Shown piece after piece: positions 27,816 through 37,391 of a DNA stretch of 43,303 nt. Each line of letters starts with the position of its first letter. Within the stretch, counting starts at the first letter, position 1. The DNA is from Planctomycetota bacterium (GTDB lineage Bacteria; Planctomycetota; UBA1135; UBA2386): NCBI GenBank assembly GCA_947501605.1, contig CANMWZ010000039.1:1-43303 (forward strand), read 5' to 3'. The position numbers and the translations under genes were made by a program. The notes under the pieces are model-generated. The model had not been told where the DNA came from and did not search any database. It worked only from the letters and a program-made list of their open reading frames with translations.

Positions 27816-30254
27816 ATGCCTCAGATCCTCGGTTCTCCGGCTCGATGTGCTCTTCTGCGCCAGGTCTCCTCGGTGTTGCTGTGCGCCTTCGCGCTGACCC
27901 AGTTCGCTACCGCGCAGTGTGGACTCACGCGGATGCCTTCGACCGGCATTCCGGGCACGAACGGCACGATCTACGCCGCGGTGCGTCACGACCTCGACGG
28001 TGCGGGGCCAGAGGCGCCGGTCGTCGTGCTCGGGGGCAGTTTCACCGTGATCGGGACGACGGCCGCCGGTGGCCTCGCGACCTATGACTCGGTGACCGGG
28101 GCGATCGCACCTCTCGGCGGCCCGGGGCCGCACAACGTGCGCGCGCTCCTGGTCACCCAGAACGGCGACCTGCTCGCGGCATCGCAGACGCCGACGGCAG
28201 GGTTCGTCGTCGAGCGTTGGAACGGGGCGACTTGGGCCCAGCTCGGCCAGACCTTCGACGCACCGATCCGCGCACTCGCCGAACTCCAGAACGGAGACGT
28301 GGTCGCTGCCGGTGACTTCACTGGCATCAGCGGGACGCCGTTGCCGAGCATCGCGCGTTGGAACGGCACGTCGTGGCAATCGATGGGAAGCGGCGCCGAT
28401 GCATCCGTCTACGCACTCGCTGTGCTCCCGAATGGCGACCTCGTGGCGGGGGGTGGCTTTCAAACGATCGGCGGCGTGGCAACAACGGGACTGGCTCGCT
28501 GGAACGGCTCTGGCTGGGTGAGCTTCGGCGTGCTCGACTTCGGCGTCCTCGCGATGCTCGTCGCGTCGAACGGAGACCTCGTGATCGGCGGGACGTTTCG
28601 CACGATCGGCGGCTCGCCGGCGACCGGTCTCGCGCGATGGAACGGCAGCACCTTCACCGCCATCTCGCTGCCGGCTCCCGTTCATGCGATCGCCGAAGCC
28701 AGCAACGGGGACCTCGTCGTCGGTGGTGAGTTCACGACGCCGGGTGTGCGCGTCGCGCGATGGGATGGAACGTCGTGGTCGCCACTCGCCGCGGGACTCG
28801 GCGCCGTTCCTCGTGCACTCGCGTTCGGCGCGGACGGCACGTTGGTGGCTGCAGGCAGCTTCACTGGCCTGAACGGTGTGTCGGCGTTGGGTGTCGCGCG
28901 CTTCGGACAAGGCGTGTGGTCGCCCCTGTGCGGTGGCTTCAGCGGCCCGCTCGTCGCCATCGCAGCGCATCCCGAGGGAGGCTTCGTGATGTCGGGGCAG
29001 GTCGGCTCGATCGATGGTGTGCCGATGCCGGCGCTCGTGCGCTTCGACGGGACGCTGTTCGTGCCATTCGCACCGGGCACAGCGACGCTCTCCGATCCGA
29101 TGCGCGTGTTGCCGAACGGGGACCTCGTCGGGCGTGATGGCTCGGGGCGACTCGTGCGCGTCAACGCGTCGTCGCGGACGCAGCTCGATCCGCCGGTGGC
29201 GGCGATCAGCGACCTGGACGTCGATCCGCAGCAGCGTCTCGTCGTGGTCGGTCCCCAACCGGGATTCGCAACGAGCCAGATGTGGCGACTCGACAGCAGC
29301 GTCTGGTCGCCGATCGGCGGCGGGTTGGCCGGATCGTTGCCCGCGCTCGTGGCGATGCCGAACGGCGACTATGTGGTCGGAGGGTCGTTCCCCGATGTGG
29401 GTGGTGCGCCCATCGCCTACGTCGCGCGCTGGGTCGGCAACGTGTTCGTTCCGCTCGGGAGCGGGTTGAACGGACCGGTCACCAATCTGGTGCTGCGGCA
29501 AGACGGTCGCCTGCTCGTGCTCGGTACGTTCACGATGGCCGGCGGTGTCGCCGCCAATGGCGTCGCGTGGTGGGATGGCGTGTCGTGGTCGGCAGAGCCG
29601 GGGCTCGAGAACATCGTGTTCACGCGGCCCAAGTTCTTGCCCGACGGCAGCCTCATCGTCCGCACCAGTTCGGGTTCGCAGCGGTGGGACGGCGTGCAAT
29701 GGACGAGCTTGGGCGACAGCTCCGTCATCTTGAGTGGGACCAGCGAGGGCACCGCGGTGCTCACGAACGGCGATTATGTCCTCGCCGCGGTGTTCCAGAC
29801 CTCAGCGGGGGCTGCGGCGAACAACCTCGTTCGGTTCCAGTCGAGTTGCCGCGCGCTGGCGACGCCCGTGGGGGCTGGCTGTCTTGGTCAAAGTCTGCAG
29901 ACGACGAGCGCTGCATGGGCGGCTGGCGTGTGCCGCGTGCGAGGCGTGGGGCTCGGAGCTGCGCAGCTGGTGTTGGTCGGGACCGGGTTCGCGCCGCAGG
30001 CAGTGGGGCTCGACACGTTGCTGCCGCAGGGAGTCGCTGGGTGCTCGCTGCTGGTCGTCGCGGACTCGTCGCTCACGCAGCTCGCGTTCGCGAACGGCGG
30101 CGTCGCGGAGAGTTCGCTGTCGATCCCGCGGGACCCGGTGTTGGTCGGGGCTGCGTTCCGGCAGCAGATGGTGCCGGTGCAGTTCGATGGGATTGGGGCA
30201 CTCGTGGCGGTGACCAGTACCAACGCAGTGGATCACGTGGTCGGCAGCTACTGA
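27816..30254 (+). CDS. Secreted repeat protein (about 11-13 'NGDLV.GG.F...ARWNG..W' repeats, probable beta-propeller) with a C-terminal domain
   Basis: Signal peptide ending ATAQC; repeated (A/V)RW(N/D)G.xW units; C-terminal LSIPRDPVLVGA...STNA...VGSY. Confidence 0.85.
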   Translation: MPQILGSPARCALLRQVSSVLLCAFALTQFATAQCGLTRMPSTGIPGTNGTIYAAVRHDLDGAGPEAPVVVLGGSFTVIGTTAAGGLATYDSVTGAIAPLGGPGPHNVRALLVTQNGDLLAASQTPTAGFVVERWNGATWAQLGQTFDAPIRALAELQNGDVVAAGDFTGISGTPLPSIARWNGTSWQSMGSGADASVYALAVLPNGDLVAGGGFQTIGGVATTGLARWNGSGWVSFGVLDFGVLAMLVASNGDLVIGGTFRTIGGSPATGLARWNGSTFTAISLPAPVHAIAEASNGDLVVGGEFTTPGVRVARWDGTSWSPLAAGLGAVPRALAFGADGTLVAAGSFTGLNGVSALGVARFGQGVWSPLCGGFSGPLVAIAAHPEGGFVMSGQVGSIDGVPMPALVRFDGTLFVPFAPGTATLSDPMRVLPNGDLVGRDGSGRLVRVNASSRTQLDPPVAAISDLDVDPQQRLVVVGPQPGFATSQMWRLDSSVWSPIGGGLAGSLPALVAMPNGDYVVGGSFPDVGGAPIAYVARWVGNVFVPLGSGLNGPVTNLVLRQDGRLLVLGTFTMAGGVAANGVAWWDGVSWSAEPGLENIVFTRPKFLPDGSLIVRTSSGSQRWDGVQWTSLGDSSVILSGTSEGTAVLTNGDYVLAAVFQTSAGAAANNLVRFQSSCRALATPVGAGCLGQSLQTTSAAWAAGVCRVRGVGLGAAQLVLVGTGFAPQAVGLDTLLPQGVAGCSLLVVADSSLTQLAFANGGVAESSLSIPRDPVLVGAAFRQQMVPVQFDGIGALVAVTSTNAVDHVVGSY

Positions 30255-30296
30255 CGGCCCAGGGATGCTGAGCCATGCCCGCGCGGGCTCGGTGCG

Positions 30297-31355
30297 TCAG
30301 TCGAAGAGCTCGGCGAGGGATGTGGCGTCGAGGACCCGGAGAGCGAGCGACTTGAGTTCGGCGGGCTTGGCTCGGGCGAGACGCTCTTCGATGTGGTCTG
30401 GTAGCGGTCCGAAGCGCTTCTGCAGCAGCGCGCGGAGGAGCTCGAGTTGACCTCGACTGCGCCCTTCGGCCTTGCCCTTCCGTAGTCCGCGGGCCTCGCT
30501 CTTGGTCGTCGCTGCGTCGACCTTGTCCTGCACGTACTTCTCGAGTGGGTTGAGCATGAGCTTCACAGTCCTTCGCGGCAGCGTCTTTCGCACCACGGCG
30601 TGCACAGTCTGCGTGTCGACCTTGGCCGTTGTCGCGAGGTAGGAGAATACCATCCCGAGCAGGAGCCTGCCTCGCGGGGCATCGAGCACGGCGGTCAGGA
30701 GGGATCGGAGGCGAAGGAGTTCGCGCGGGAGCGCCTCGGCGTCGAGGCCACGCAAGTGGACGAGGGCTTCGATGGCGATGCGTGCGACGAGGTCGTCGCG
30801 CGCGTCCTCGATGCGGGCATCGGCCTCGCGCGAGAGGTCATCGAGCAGGTAGGTCCACGAGGGCAGGAGAGAACGCAGGGCGTCCCGTTCCTCGGGCGTG
30901 AGGTCCTCGGGCACAGCGAACAGTTCGCGCACGTCGAGCGGCGCGGTCCACGTCTCCTCGCCGTGGTGGAAGACGAGTGGGATCACGAGGGGCAGATCGG
31001 GCGGGCTGCCGAGTTGCTGGTGCAAGCGGTCGATGAGGCGGACGCCGTAGCGGAGCATCTGCCAGGCGGTGAGGCGGTCGTTGCCGCTCTTGTGCTCCAG
31101 CACCACATGCAGGAAGACGGCGCGGGAGCCGCACGGAATGCGGAACAGGAGGTCGGCTGTGTGAGGACGGTCGGCGGCGTCGGCGACCCCTTCGTCGACG
31201 CGTTCGAGGCGGGACCAGTCGAGGCGAAGGGCCAGCGCCCGGTAGCGCGGATCGCGCAACACACGCGAGCGCAGCAGGGTCCGCGCCTGGTCGGGGTGCG
31301 CGAAGGCCGTGCGGAAGAGCTGGTCGTGTGGGCGGGAGAGGTCCACGCCCTCCAT
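30297..31355 (-). CDS. Rpn family recombination-promoting nuclease/putative transposase (PD-(D/E)XK) with DUF4351-like C-terminus
   Basis: PHDQLFR, ADLLF...LEHKS, QMLRY, LPLVIPLVFHHG...W, YLLDDLS; C-terminal G...G...G..LL.KRFG.LP. Confidence 0.9.
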   Translation of the reverse strand: MEGVDLSRPHDQLFRTAFAHPDQARTLLRSRVLRDPRYRALALRLDWSRLERVDEGVADAADRPHTADLLFRIPCGSRAVFLHVVLEHKSGNDRLTAWQMLRYGVRLIDRLHQQLGSPPDLPLVIPLVFHHGEETWTAPLDVRELFAVPEDLTPEERDALRSLLPSWTYLLDDLSREADARIEDARDDLVARIAIEALVHLRGLDAEALPRELLRLRSLLTAVLDAPRGRLLLGMVFSYLATTAKVDTQTVHAVVRKTLPRRTVKLMLNPLEKYVQDKVDAATTKSEARGLRKGKAEGRSRGQLELLRALLQKRFGPLPDHIEERLARAKPAELKSLALRVLDATSLAELFD

Positions 31356-31451
31356 GTGCACGGGAGGTGCGAGCGGTTACGGGTGAGCCTGCGAAAGCGT
31401 TCGCGCGCCGCTGGCTCGACACCCGGCGTGGGCGAGCTACGCTGGCCCGCC

Positions 31452-31589
31452 ATGCAGCCCGGGAACCCTGCTCAAAAAGACCGCCCGACCCACATCGGCC
31501 CGTTCAAGGTCCTCGACGTGATCGGTGAGGGCGGCATGGGGACCGTCTACCTCGGCGAGCAGAGAGAACCCGTCCGCCGCCGCGCCGCG
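31452..31589 (+). pseudogene. 5' stub of a Ser/Thr protein kinase
   Basis: MQPGNPAQKDRPTHIGPFKVLDVIGEGGMGTVYLGEQREPVRRRAA covers kinase subdomains I-II and breaks off just before the catalytic Lys. Confidence 0.8.
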
Positions 31590-31674
31590 GGCGGCGTATC
31601 GCGGTCCCCTCGACGCAACAGCAACGCCGCGCATCCTTGCATCCGCGCCCCGTCCCCGTAACCAACATGCACCC

Positions 31675-32541
31675 GTGCCCTTCCCCCGCCCGCTCCGCTT
31701 CGGCATGTCGCCGTGCCCCAACGACACCTTCGCGTTCTGGGCCGCGTTGCACGGCGAGGTGACGGACCCGCACATCCGCCTCGAGCTCGCGATGCTCGAC
31801 GACGTCGAAGCGCTGAACCGCCGCGCCACCGGCCCGCTCGCCGAACGCCTCGACGTGACGAAGCTCAGCGTCCCGGCCCTCGCTGCCGCGATCGACGACT
31901 ACGCGATCCTGCCGTCCGGCGCGGCCCTCGGCTTCGGCTGCGGCCCGCTCGTCGTGCGTCGCGCCAACGATCCTCGCCGCACGCTCGCCGACCTGCGCGG
32001 TGCCCGCGTCGCGATCCCCGGCGAACGCACGACCGCCTTCCTGCTCTTCTCCACCTTCGCGTCGCGCGAGTGCACCTTCGTGCCGATGCGCTTTCACCAC
32101 ATCCTCACCGCCGTCGCGAACGGCGAGGTCGACGCCGGCCTCGTCATCCACGAGAGCCGCTTCACCTACGCGTCCCACGGCCTCGCCCTCACAGCCGACC
32201 TCGGCGAACTCTGGGAGCAGGCCACGAACGCGCCGCTGCCGCTCGGTGTGATCGCGATCCGCCGTTCGCTCGGCCGCGCGTGCTACGACGCCACAGCCTC
32301 TCTGCTGCGCGCCTCCGTCCGACTCGCGCAGCAGAACCCCTCCCGCGCGCGCCCCTTCGTCCGCCAGCACAGCCAGGAAATGAACGACGACGTCTGCGAC
32401 CAGCACATCGCCCTCTACGTCAACGAGCGCACCGTCGACCTCGGCGACGTGGGCCGCCACGCGATCGACGCCATGCTGCAACGCGGCCGCGCGAGTGGCC
32501 TGTTGCCCGCGGGCCGGTCGCCGTGGTGGGGGGACGCATGA
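31675..32541 (+). CDS. mqnD: 1,4-dihydroxy-6-naphthoate synthase
   Basis: SPCPNDTF, DVEALN, SGAALG.GCGPL, AIPG..TTA.LL, IHESRFTY, DLGE.WE, PLPLG, HIALYVNE; GTG start assumed. Confidence 0.95.
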   Translation: MPFPRPLRFGMSPCPNDTFAFWAALHGEVTDPHIRLELAMLDDVEALNRRATGPLAERLDVTKLSVPALAAAIDDYAILPSGAALGFGCGPLVVRRANDPRRTLADLRGARVAIPGERTTAFLLFSTFASRECTFVPMRFHHILTAVANGEVDAGLVIHESRFTYASHGLALTADLGELWEQATNAPLPLGVIAIRRSLGRACYDATASLLRASVRLAQQNPSRARPFVRQHSQEMNDDVCDQHIALYVNERTVDLGDVGRHAIDAMLQRGRASGLLPAGRSPWWGDA

Positions 32542-33662
32542 TCTTCCCGCTGCTCGTCGCCCTAGCCCTCTGCGTTCCGACTGTGGTGATCGCGCTGCTC
32601 ACAGCGCTCGTCCTCTTCCTCCGCAAACGGCCCGTGCGAGCGTTCGTGCAAAAGGCTCTGTGGGCGCACCTGTTCTTGCTCGTGTTCCACGCGTTCGTGT
32701 CCTTCCCCGGCTGGCTCGGCTGGTTTGGCGCGCGTTCCCTCGGCACTCGCGGCGACGAACGCGCCTACGACGGCCCGCGGATCACCGCCACCGGTGAGTG
32801 GCTGGTGCAGAGCAGCACGACGTTGAGGGCGGAGCGAACGACACCTGCCGACGAAGCCGTGATCGCCAGCGCGCGCGCGCTCGCCGTGTCGCTGCCCGGC
32901 GCGGAGTTGCCGTCAGGCGGTCGCATGACCCTCAACGCCTACCGCGTGCCCGCCACGGTGTCGCCGCCGCGCGCGGTCGTCGTGCTCGTGCACGGGCTGT
33001 TTCGTTCGGCGCTCGAACTCGAGGCCCCGGCGCGCATGTGGCGCGATCTCGGCTGCGAGTGCTGGCTCGTCGAGCAACGCAACCATGGGCACAGCGGTCG
33101 GGCGACGGCGACCTTTGGCATCGAAGAGGGCAAGGATCTCGCCGCCGCCGTCGCGTTCGTCCAGGCGCAGAGCAGCGGTGTGCCCGTCGTGATGTTCGGC
33201 GTCAGCCTCGGCACGGTCGCAACTTCGCTGGCTTTGCCGCAGCTCGATGGCATCGCCGGGGTCGTGCTCGATGCACCGGTCGGCGACGTGTTGGCGACCG
33301 CCCAGCGCATGCTGTCGCTCGAGCGCGCTGGCGACAATCGACGGTTCTTCACCCTGTGGGAGCCTTGGTGCTCGCTCGCGATTTCGTCGCTGCAGTTGTG
33401 GTCCGGAGTCGAACTCGCCGACGTCCAGCCAGAGCGCGCGTTGCGCGGCCTGTCGCCAGAGCTGCCGATCCTGCTGATCGGCGGTGACGGCGACGACAAG
33501 GTGACCCCTCAGTCGGTGCGTTCGCTGTTCACGAGTCTGCCGATGTCGGAAGGCACCAAAGAACTGTGGATCGTACCGGGTGCGCACCACGGCGATGCGT
33601 GGCGCGTCGTGCCGAAGGAGTATGGCGCGCGGCTACAGGCGTTCTTGCAGCGCTGTCGCTGA
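32538..33662 (+). CDS. Membrane-anchored alpha/beta hydrolase
   Basis: N-terminal TM segments, VLVHG, RNHG.S, GVSLG nucleophile elbow, DDKV, GAHH; ATGA overlap with mqnD. Confidence 0.85.
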   Translation: MIFPLLVALALCVPTVVIALLTALVLFLRKRPVRAFVQKALWAHLFLLVFHAFVSFPGWLGWFGARSLGTRGDERAYDGPRITATGEWLVQSSTTLRAERTTPADEAVIASARALAVSLPGAELPSGGRMTLNAYRVPATVSPPRAVVVLVHGLFRSALELEAPARMWRDLGCECWLVEQRNHGHSGRATATFGIEEGKDLAAAVAFVQAQSSGVPVVMFGVSLGTVATSLALPQLDGIAGVVLDAPVGDVLATAQRMLSLERAGDNRRFFTLWEPWCSLAISSLQLWSGVELADVQPERALRGLSPELPILLIGGDGDDKVTPQSVRSLFTSLPMSEGTKELWIVPGAHHGDAWRVVPKEYGARLQAFLQRCR

Positions 33663-33718
33663 CGCAGAACCTCGCGCGTTGTGCCCGAGGTCCTCTGTGC
33701 AGTAGCTTCTTTCGCTTC

Positions 33719-34465
33719 ATGGCACGCAAGCCAGACCGCGCCAGCGATCTCGAACGCCTCCACTTCGAGATCCAGCCGCAGCCCGATGACGTCACCTGCG
33801 GACCGACGTGCCTGCATGCGATCTACGATTTTTGGGGCGATACGGTCGCCCTCGAGGATCTGGTTCGCGACGTGCCGAGGACGCCGTCCGGCGGAACCAG
33901 CGCGGTGTTCCTGGCCAACCACGCGTTGCGCCGCGGCTACCGCGCGACCTTGTTCACCTACAACCTGCGCCTGTTCGATCCGACGTGGTTCGGCAATGGG
34001 GGCAAGGACGTGGCTGAGCGGTTGCGGCTGCAGTCGGAGTGGAAGACGCCCAGCAGGCCGGTATTCGGCCAACTGACCGACGGCTTCCTGCAGTTCCTCG
34101 AACTCGGCGGCGACTTGCGCTTCATCGATCCGTCGGCCGAATTGCTGCGGCGGTGGCTGCGGCGCGGGGTGCCGATCCTCACCGGCCTGAGTTCGACGTT
34201 TCTCTACCGGCACTCGCGGCAGTTCGGTGAGGACGACCACGATGACGACGTGCGCGGCGAACCGCAGGGGCACTTCGTGGTGTTGTGCGGCTACCGTCCA
34301 GCGCGGCGCAGCGTGCTGGTCGCGGACCCATTTCTCGAGAATCCGCTGTCGCCGGGCCAGCACTACGAAGTGCGACTCGAACGCGTGCTCTGCGCGATGA
34401 TGCTCGGCGTGCTGACCCACGACGCGAATCTCTTGATGATCGAACCGCGAACTGCCGACGCCTAG
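33719..34465 (+). CDS. Peptidase C39-like cysteine protease family protein
   Basis: QPDDVTCGPTCL (Q...C), GHFVVLCGY (His), VADP (Asp). Confidence 0.85.
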   Translation: MARKPDRASDLERLHFEIQPQPDDVTCGPTCLHAIYDFWGDTVALEDLVRDVPRTPSGGTSAVFLANHALRRGYRATLFTYNLRLFDPTWFGNGGKDVAERLRLQSEWKTPSRPVFGQLTDGFLQFLELGGDLRFIDPSAELLRRWLRRGVPILTGLSSTFLYRHSRQFGEDDHDDDVRGEPQGHFVVLCGYRPARRSVLVADPFLENPLSPGQHYEVRLERVLCAMMLGVLTHDANLLMIEPRTADA

Positions 34466-34475
34466 TCCGCTACCG

Positions 34476-35954
34476 ATGCGCAACCTCGTCGTCGTCAATG
34501 ATCCCAAGGAATGGCCCTTTCATCAGGACGGCGTCGAGGTCGTCGCTGCCCGCAAGTACCTGATCCATCCGTCGTACTCGACGTTGGAGCGCGTGCGCGT
34601 CCTCAACCTCTGTCGGTCGCTGGCCTACCAGAAGATCGGCTACTACGTCTCGCTGCTGGCCGATGCCCGCGGCCACAAGCCGATGCCGAGCATCGAGACG
34701 ATCCAGAACATGAAGTCGCAGGCCGTCGCGCCGATCCTCGGCAGCGAAGTGCAGGACCTGATCGACCAGTCGCTGCAGAAGGTCCAGGCCGAGGAGTTCG
34801 TGCTCAGCGTCTACTTCGGCCACAACATGGCGGCGCGGCACGAGCGGCTCGCCTCCGCCCTGTTCCGGATGTTTCCGTGTCCCTACCTGCAAGGCTCGTT
34901 TTCACGCAGTGACAAGACCGGGCGATGGCGACTCGAGTCCCTCAAGCCGTTGGCGCTCGACGACATTCCTGAGACGCACGTCGACTTCGCCCGCGACTCC
35001 ACCAAGGAGTATCTAGGCCGCGCCCATGTGCGCTCGCCACGTCGCGACTCGCGGCCGTATGACCTGGCGATGCTGGTCGATCCCGATGAGGAGAACGCGC
35101 CGTCGGACAAGAAGGCACTGCAGAAGTTCGTGAAGGCGGGCGAGCAGGTTGGGTTCAACGTCGAGCTGATCCAGAAGGAGGACTACCCGCGTCTCGCCGA
35201 GTTCGACGCCCTCTTCATTCGCGAAACGACGTCGGTCAACCACCACACCTTTCGCTTTGCCTGCCGCGCCGAGGCGCTGGGTCTCGTCGTCATCGACGAC
35301 CCGACCTCGATCCTGCGCTGCGCCAACAAGGTCTACTTGGCCGAACTCGCCGACCAGCACGACATCCTGGTGCCCAACACGATGATCGTGCACAAGGACA
35401 ACCTGCACGATCTCCCGGCGCGCCTTGGCCTGCCGTGCGTGCTGAAACAGCCCGACAGCGCGTTCTCCGCGGGCGTCACCAAGGTCGGATCGATCGAGGA
35501 GCTCAATGAGAAGGTCGAGGAGATGCTGAAGCGCAGCGATCTCGTCGTTGCCCAGAGCTTCGTGCCGACCGAGTTCGATTGGCGAATCGGCATTCTCGAC
35601 GGCATTCCGCTCTATGCCTGCCGCTACTACATGGCCGACGGGCATTGGCAGATTGTCCAACGCGATGCTGCCGGCCAGAACGCCGACTATGGCCGCGCTG
35701 AGACCTTGCCGGTCGAGCAGGCCCCGACCAAGGTCGTGAAAGCGGCACTGAAGGCCGCGAACCACATCGGCAAGGGGCTCTACGGCGTCGATCTCAAAGA
35801 GGTAGGCGGCAAGGTCTACATGATTGAGGTCAACGACAACCCAAACGTTGACGCTGGCTTCGAGGACGCGGTTCTCGGCGAGGACCTCTATCTCCGCATC
35901 ATGCGCACGTTCATGGCGCGCGTGGTCAATCGCAGCAGCGGGTGGTCGCGATGA
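34476..35954 (+). CDS. RimK-family ATP-grasp ligase with N-terminal RLAN domain
   Basis: NLCRS..YQ..GYYVSLLA.ARGH (RLAN); DALFIRETT, C.NKVYL, VLKQPD..FS.GV, FDWRIG, LYGVDLK, IEVNDNPN. Confidence 0.92.
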   Translation: MRNLVVVNDPKEWPFHQDGVEVVAARKYLIHPSYSTLERVRVLNLCRSLAYQKIGYYVSLLADARGHKPMPSIETIQNMKSQAVAPILGSEVQDLIDQSLQKVQAEEFVLSVYFGHNMAARHERLASALFRMFPCPYLQGSFSRSDKTGRWRLESLKPLALDDIPETHVDFARDSTKEYLGRAHVRSPRRDSRPYDLAMLVDPDEENAPSDKKALQKFVKAGEQVGFNVELIQKEDYPRLAEFDALFIRETTSVNHHTFRFACRAEALGLVVIDDPTSILRCANKVYLAELADQHDILVPNTMIVHKDNLHDLPARLGLPCVLKQPDSAFSAGVTKVGSIEELNEKVEEMLKRSDLVVAQSFVPTEFDWRIGILDGIPLYACRYYMADGHWQIVQRDAAGQNADYGRAETLPVEQAPTKVVKAALKAANHIGKGLYGVDLKEVGGKVYMIEVNDNPNVDAGFEDAVLGEDLYLRIMRTFMARVVNRSSGWSR

Positions 35955-37192
35955 CCCTCTGCGCGTTCGAGGCCTTTGGCGTCGAGATCGAGTACATGGT
36001 CGTTGACGATCGCTGTTTCCACGTCCGGCCGGTCGTCGACGAACTCCTGCGTCGCCATGCTGGCCAGATCACTGGTGACTTCGCCGACGGCTTCGTCTCG
36101 TGGTCCAACGAGCTTGCCCTGCACGTCATCGAGCTGAAGCACAGCGCACCGTCGGCGCTGACCGGGAGCGCCCGCGAGTTCGCGGCCTCGGCGGGCCGAG
36201 CCGACGCGACGTTGCGCACGATGGGCTGCCGCCTGATGCCCGCTGGCATGCATCCACTGATGGAGCCCAGTGAGTTCGTTCGCTGGCCGCACGACTGTGC
36301 CGACATCTATGCCGCCTACGACCGCATCTTCGACTGTCGCGGACATGGTTGGTCCAACCTGCAGAGTTGCCACCTCAACCTGCCGTTCAAGGATGATGCG
36401 GAGTTTGCTCGCGTGCATCTCGCCGCGCGGGCGCTGCTGCCACTGCTGCCGGCGCTGAGCGCTGCATCGCCCTTTTGCGAAGGGCGCGATACCGGCTGGC
36501 TCGATTGGCGGATCGAGACCTACCGCCACAACCAGGCGCGGGTGCCAAGCATCGTCGGAGCCATCGTGCCGGAGCCGGTTCGCAGCAAGCAGGAGTACTA
36601 CGACACGATCTTGCAGCCGATCTGGAAGGCCATCGCGCCACTCGATCCCGAGGGGTTGCTGCAAGAGGAGTGGCTCAACTCGCGCGGCGTCGTCGCCAAG
36701 TTCTTCCGCGACTCGCTGGAGATCCGCGTTCTCGATTGCCAGGAGTCGCCGTTCTGCGACTTCGCCATTTGCCTGCTCGTGGTCGAGGTGCTGAAGGCGC
36801 TGGCGAGCGAACGCTGGGTCAAACTCGATGCGCTGGCCAAGCTACCGACGCAGGCGCTGTCGACGCAGCTGCTGGATGTCGCGAAGTATGGCGACCAAGC
36901 CATCGTGCGGATGCCAGCGCTGCTGGCGGCGCTCGGGCTGCCGCCTCGCGAGACCAAGGCGGCGTCGGTGTGGCGTTGGCTTGCGGACACACTGCTGCCG
37001 GACACCAGTGGCGTTGATGCCGACCTCGCGCGACCGCTGGAGAACATCTTGCAGAATGGACCGCTCGCGCGGCGCATGCTGCTGACGGTCGGCAAGAAGC
37101 CGGATCGTGCGGCGCTGCAGCGGCTATGCGGCAGCCTCGCCGACTGCGTCGTACCGGGCCTGCCGCCGATGTTCGTTCCGCCGCGCCGCTGA
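35951..37192 (+). CDS. Glutamate-cysteine ligase family 2 (GCS2) / carboxylate-amine ligase
   Basis: FGVEIEYMVVD, WSNELALHVIELK, P.GMHP, HGWSNLQS.HLNLPF, NSRG, LEIRVLD.QE; ATGA overlap with the RimK gene. Confidence 0.88.
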   Translation: MTLCAFEAFGVEIEYMVVDDRCFHVRPVVDELLRRHAGQITGDFADGFVSWSNELALHVIELKHSAPSALTGSAREFAASAGRADATLRTMGCRLMPAGMHPLMEPSEFVRWPHDCADIYAAYDRIFDCRGHGWSNLQSCHLNLPFKDDAEFARVHLAARALLPLLPALSAASPFCEGRDTGWLDWRIETYRHNQARVPSIVGAIVPEPVRSKQEYYDTILQPIWKAIAPLDPEGLLQEEWLNSRGVVAKFFRDSLEIRVLDCQESPFCDFAICLLVVEVLKALASERWVKLDALAKLPTQALSTQLLDVAKYGDQAIVRMPALLAALGLPPRETKAASVWRWLADTLLPDTSGVDADLARPLENILQNGPLARRMLLTVGKKPDRAALQRLCGSLADCVVPGLPPMFVPPRR

Positions 37193-37391
37193 ACGAAGGC
37201 CGAGGGTGTTCGCGGTCCACTTCGCGCGTTGGCTGGGCCGGGTCGCAGCAGTTGTCGAGCGTCGTGGCCGCGATCTCGCGGACCAAGGCGACGTGGCGTG
37301 GGCTTTGGCCGGTTCGGCCAGTGGACCATTCGCGCGCGTTTCTGCGCCGGCTTCGCGAGGTCTGTTTGCGTACGTGGTCCTGCGCGCGTGG

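Noticed and set aside
30600..31661. 353-aa plus-strand ORF as a kinase gene
   Set aside because: Most of it is antisense to Rpn; only 46 codons are kinase-like
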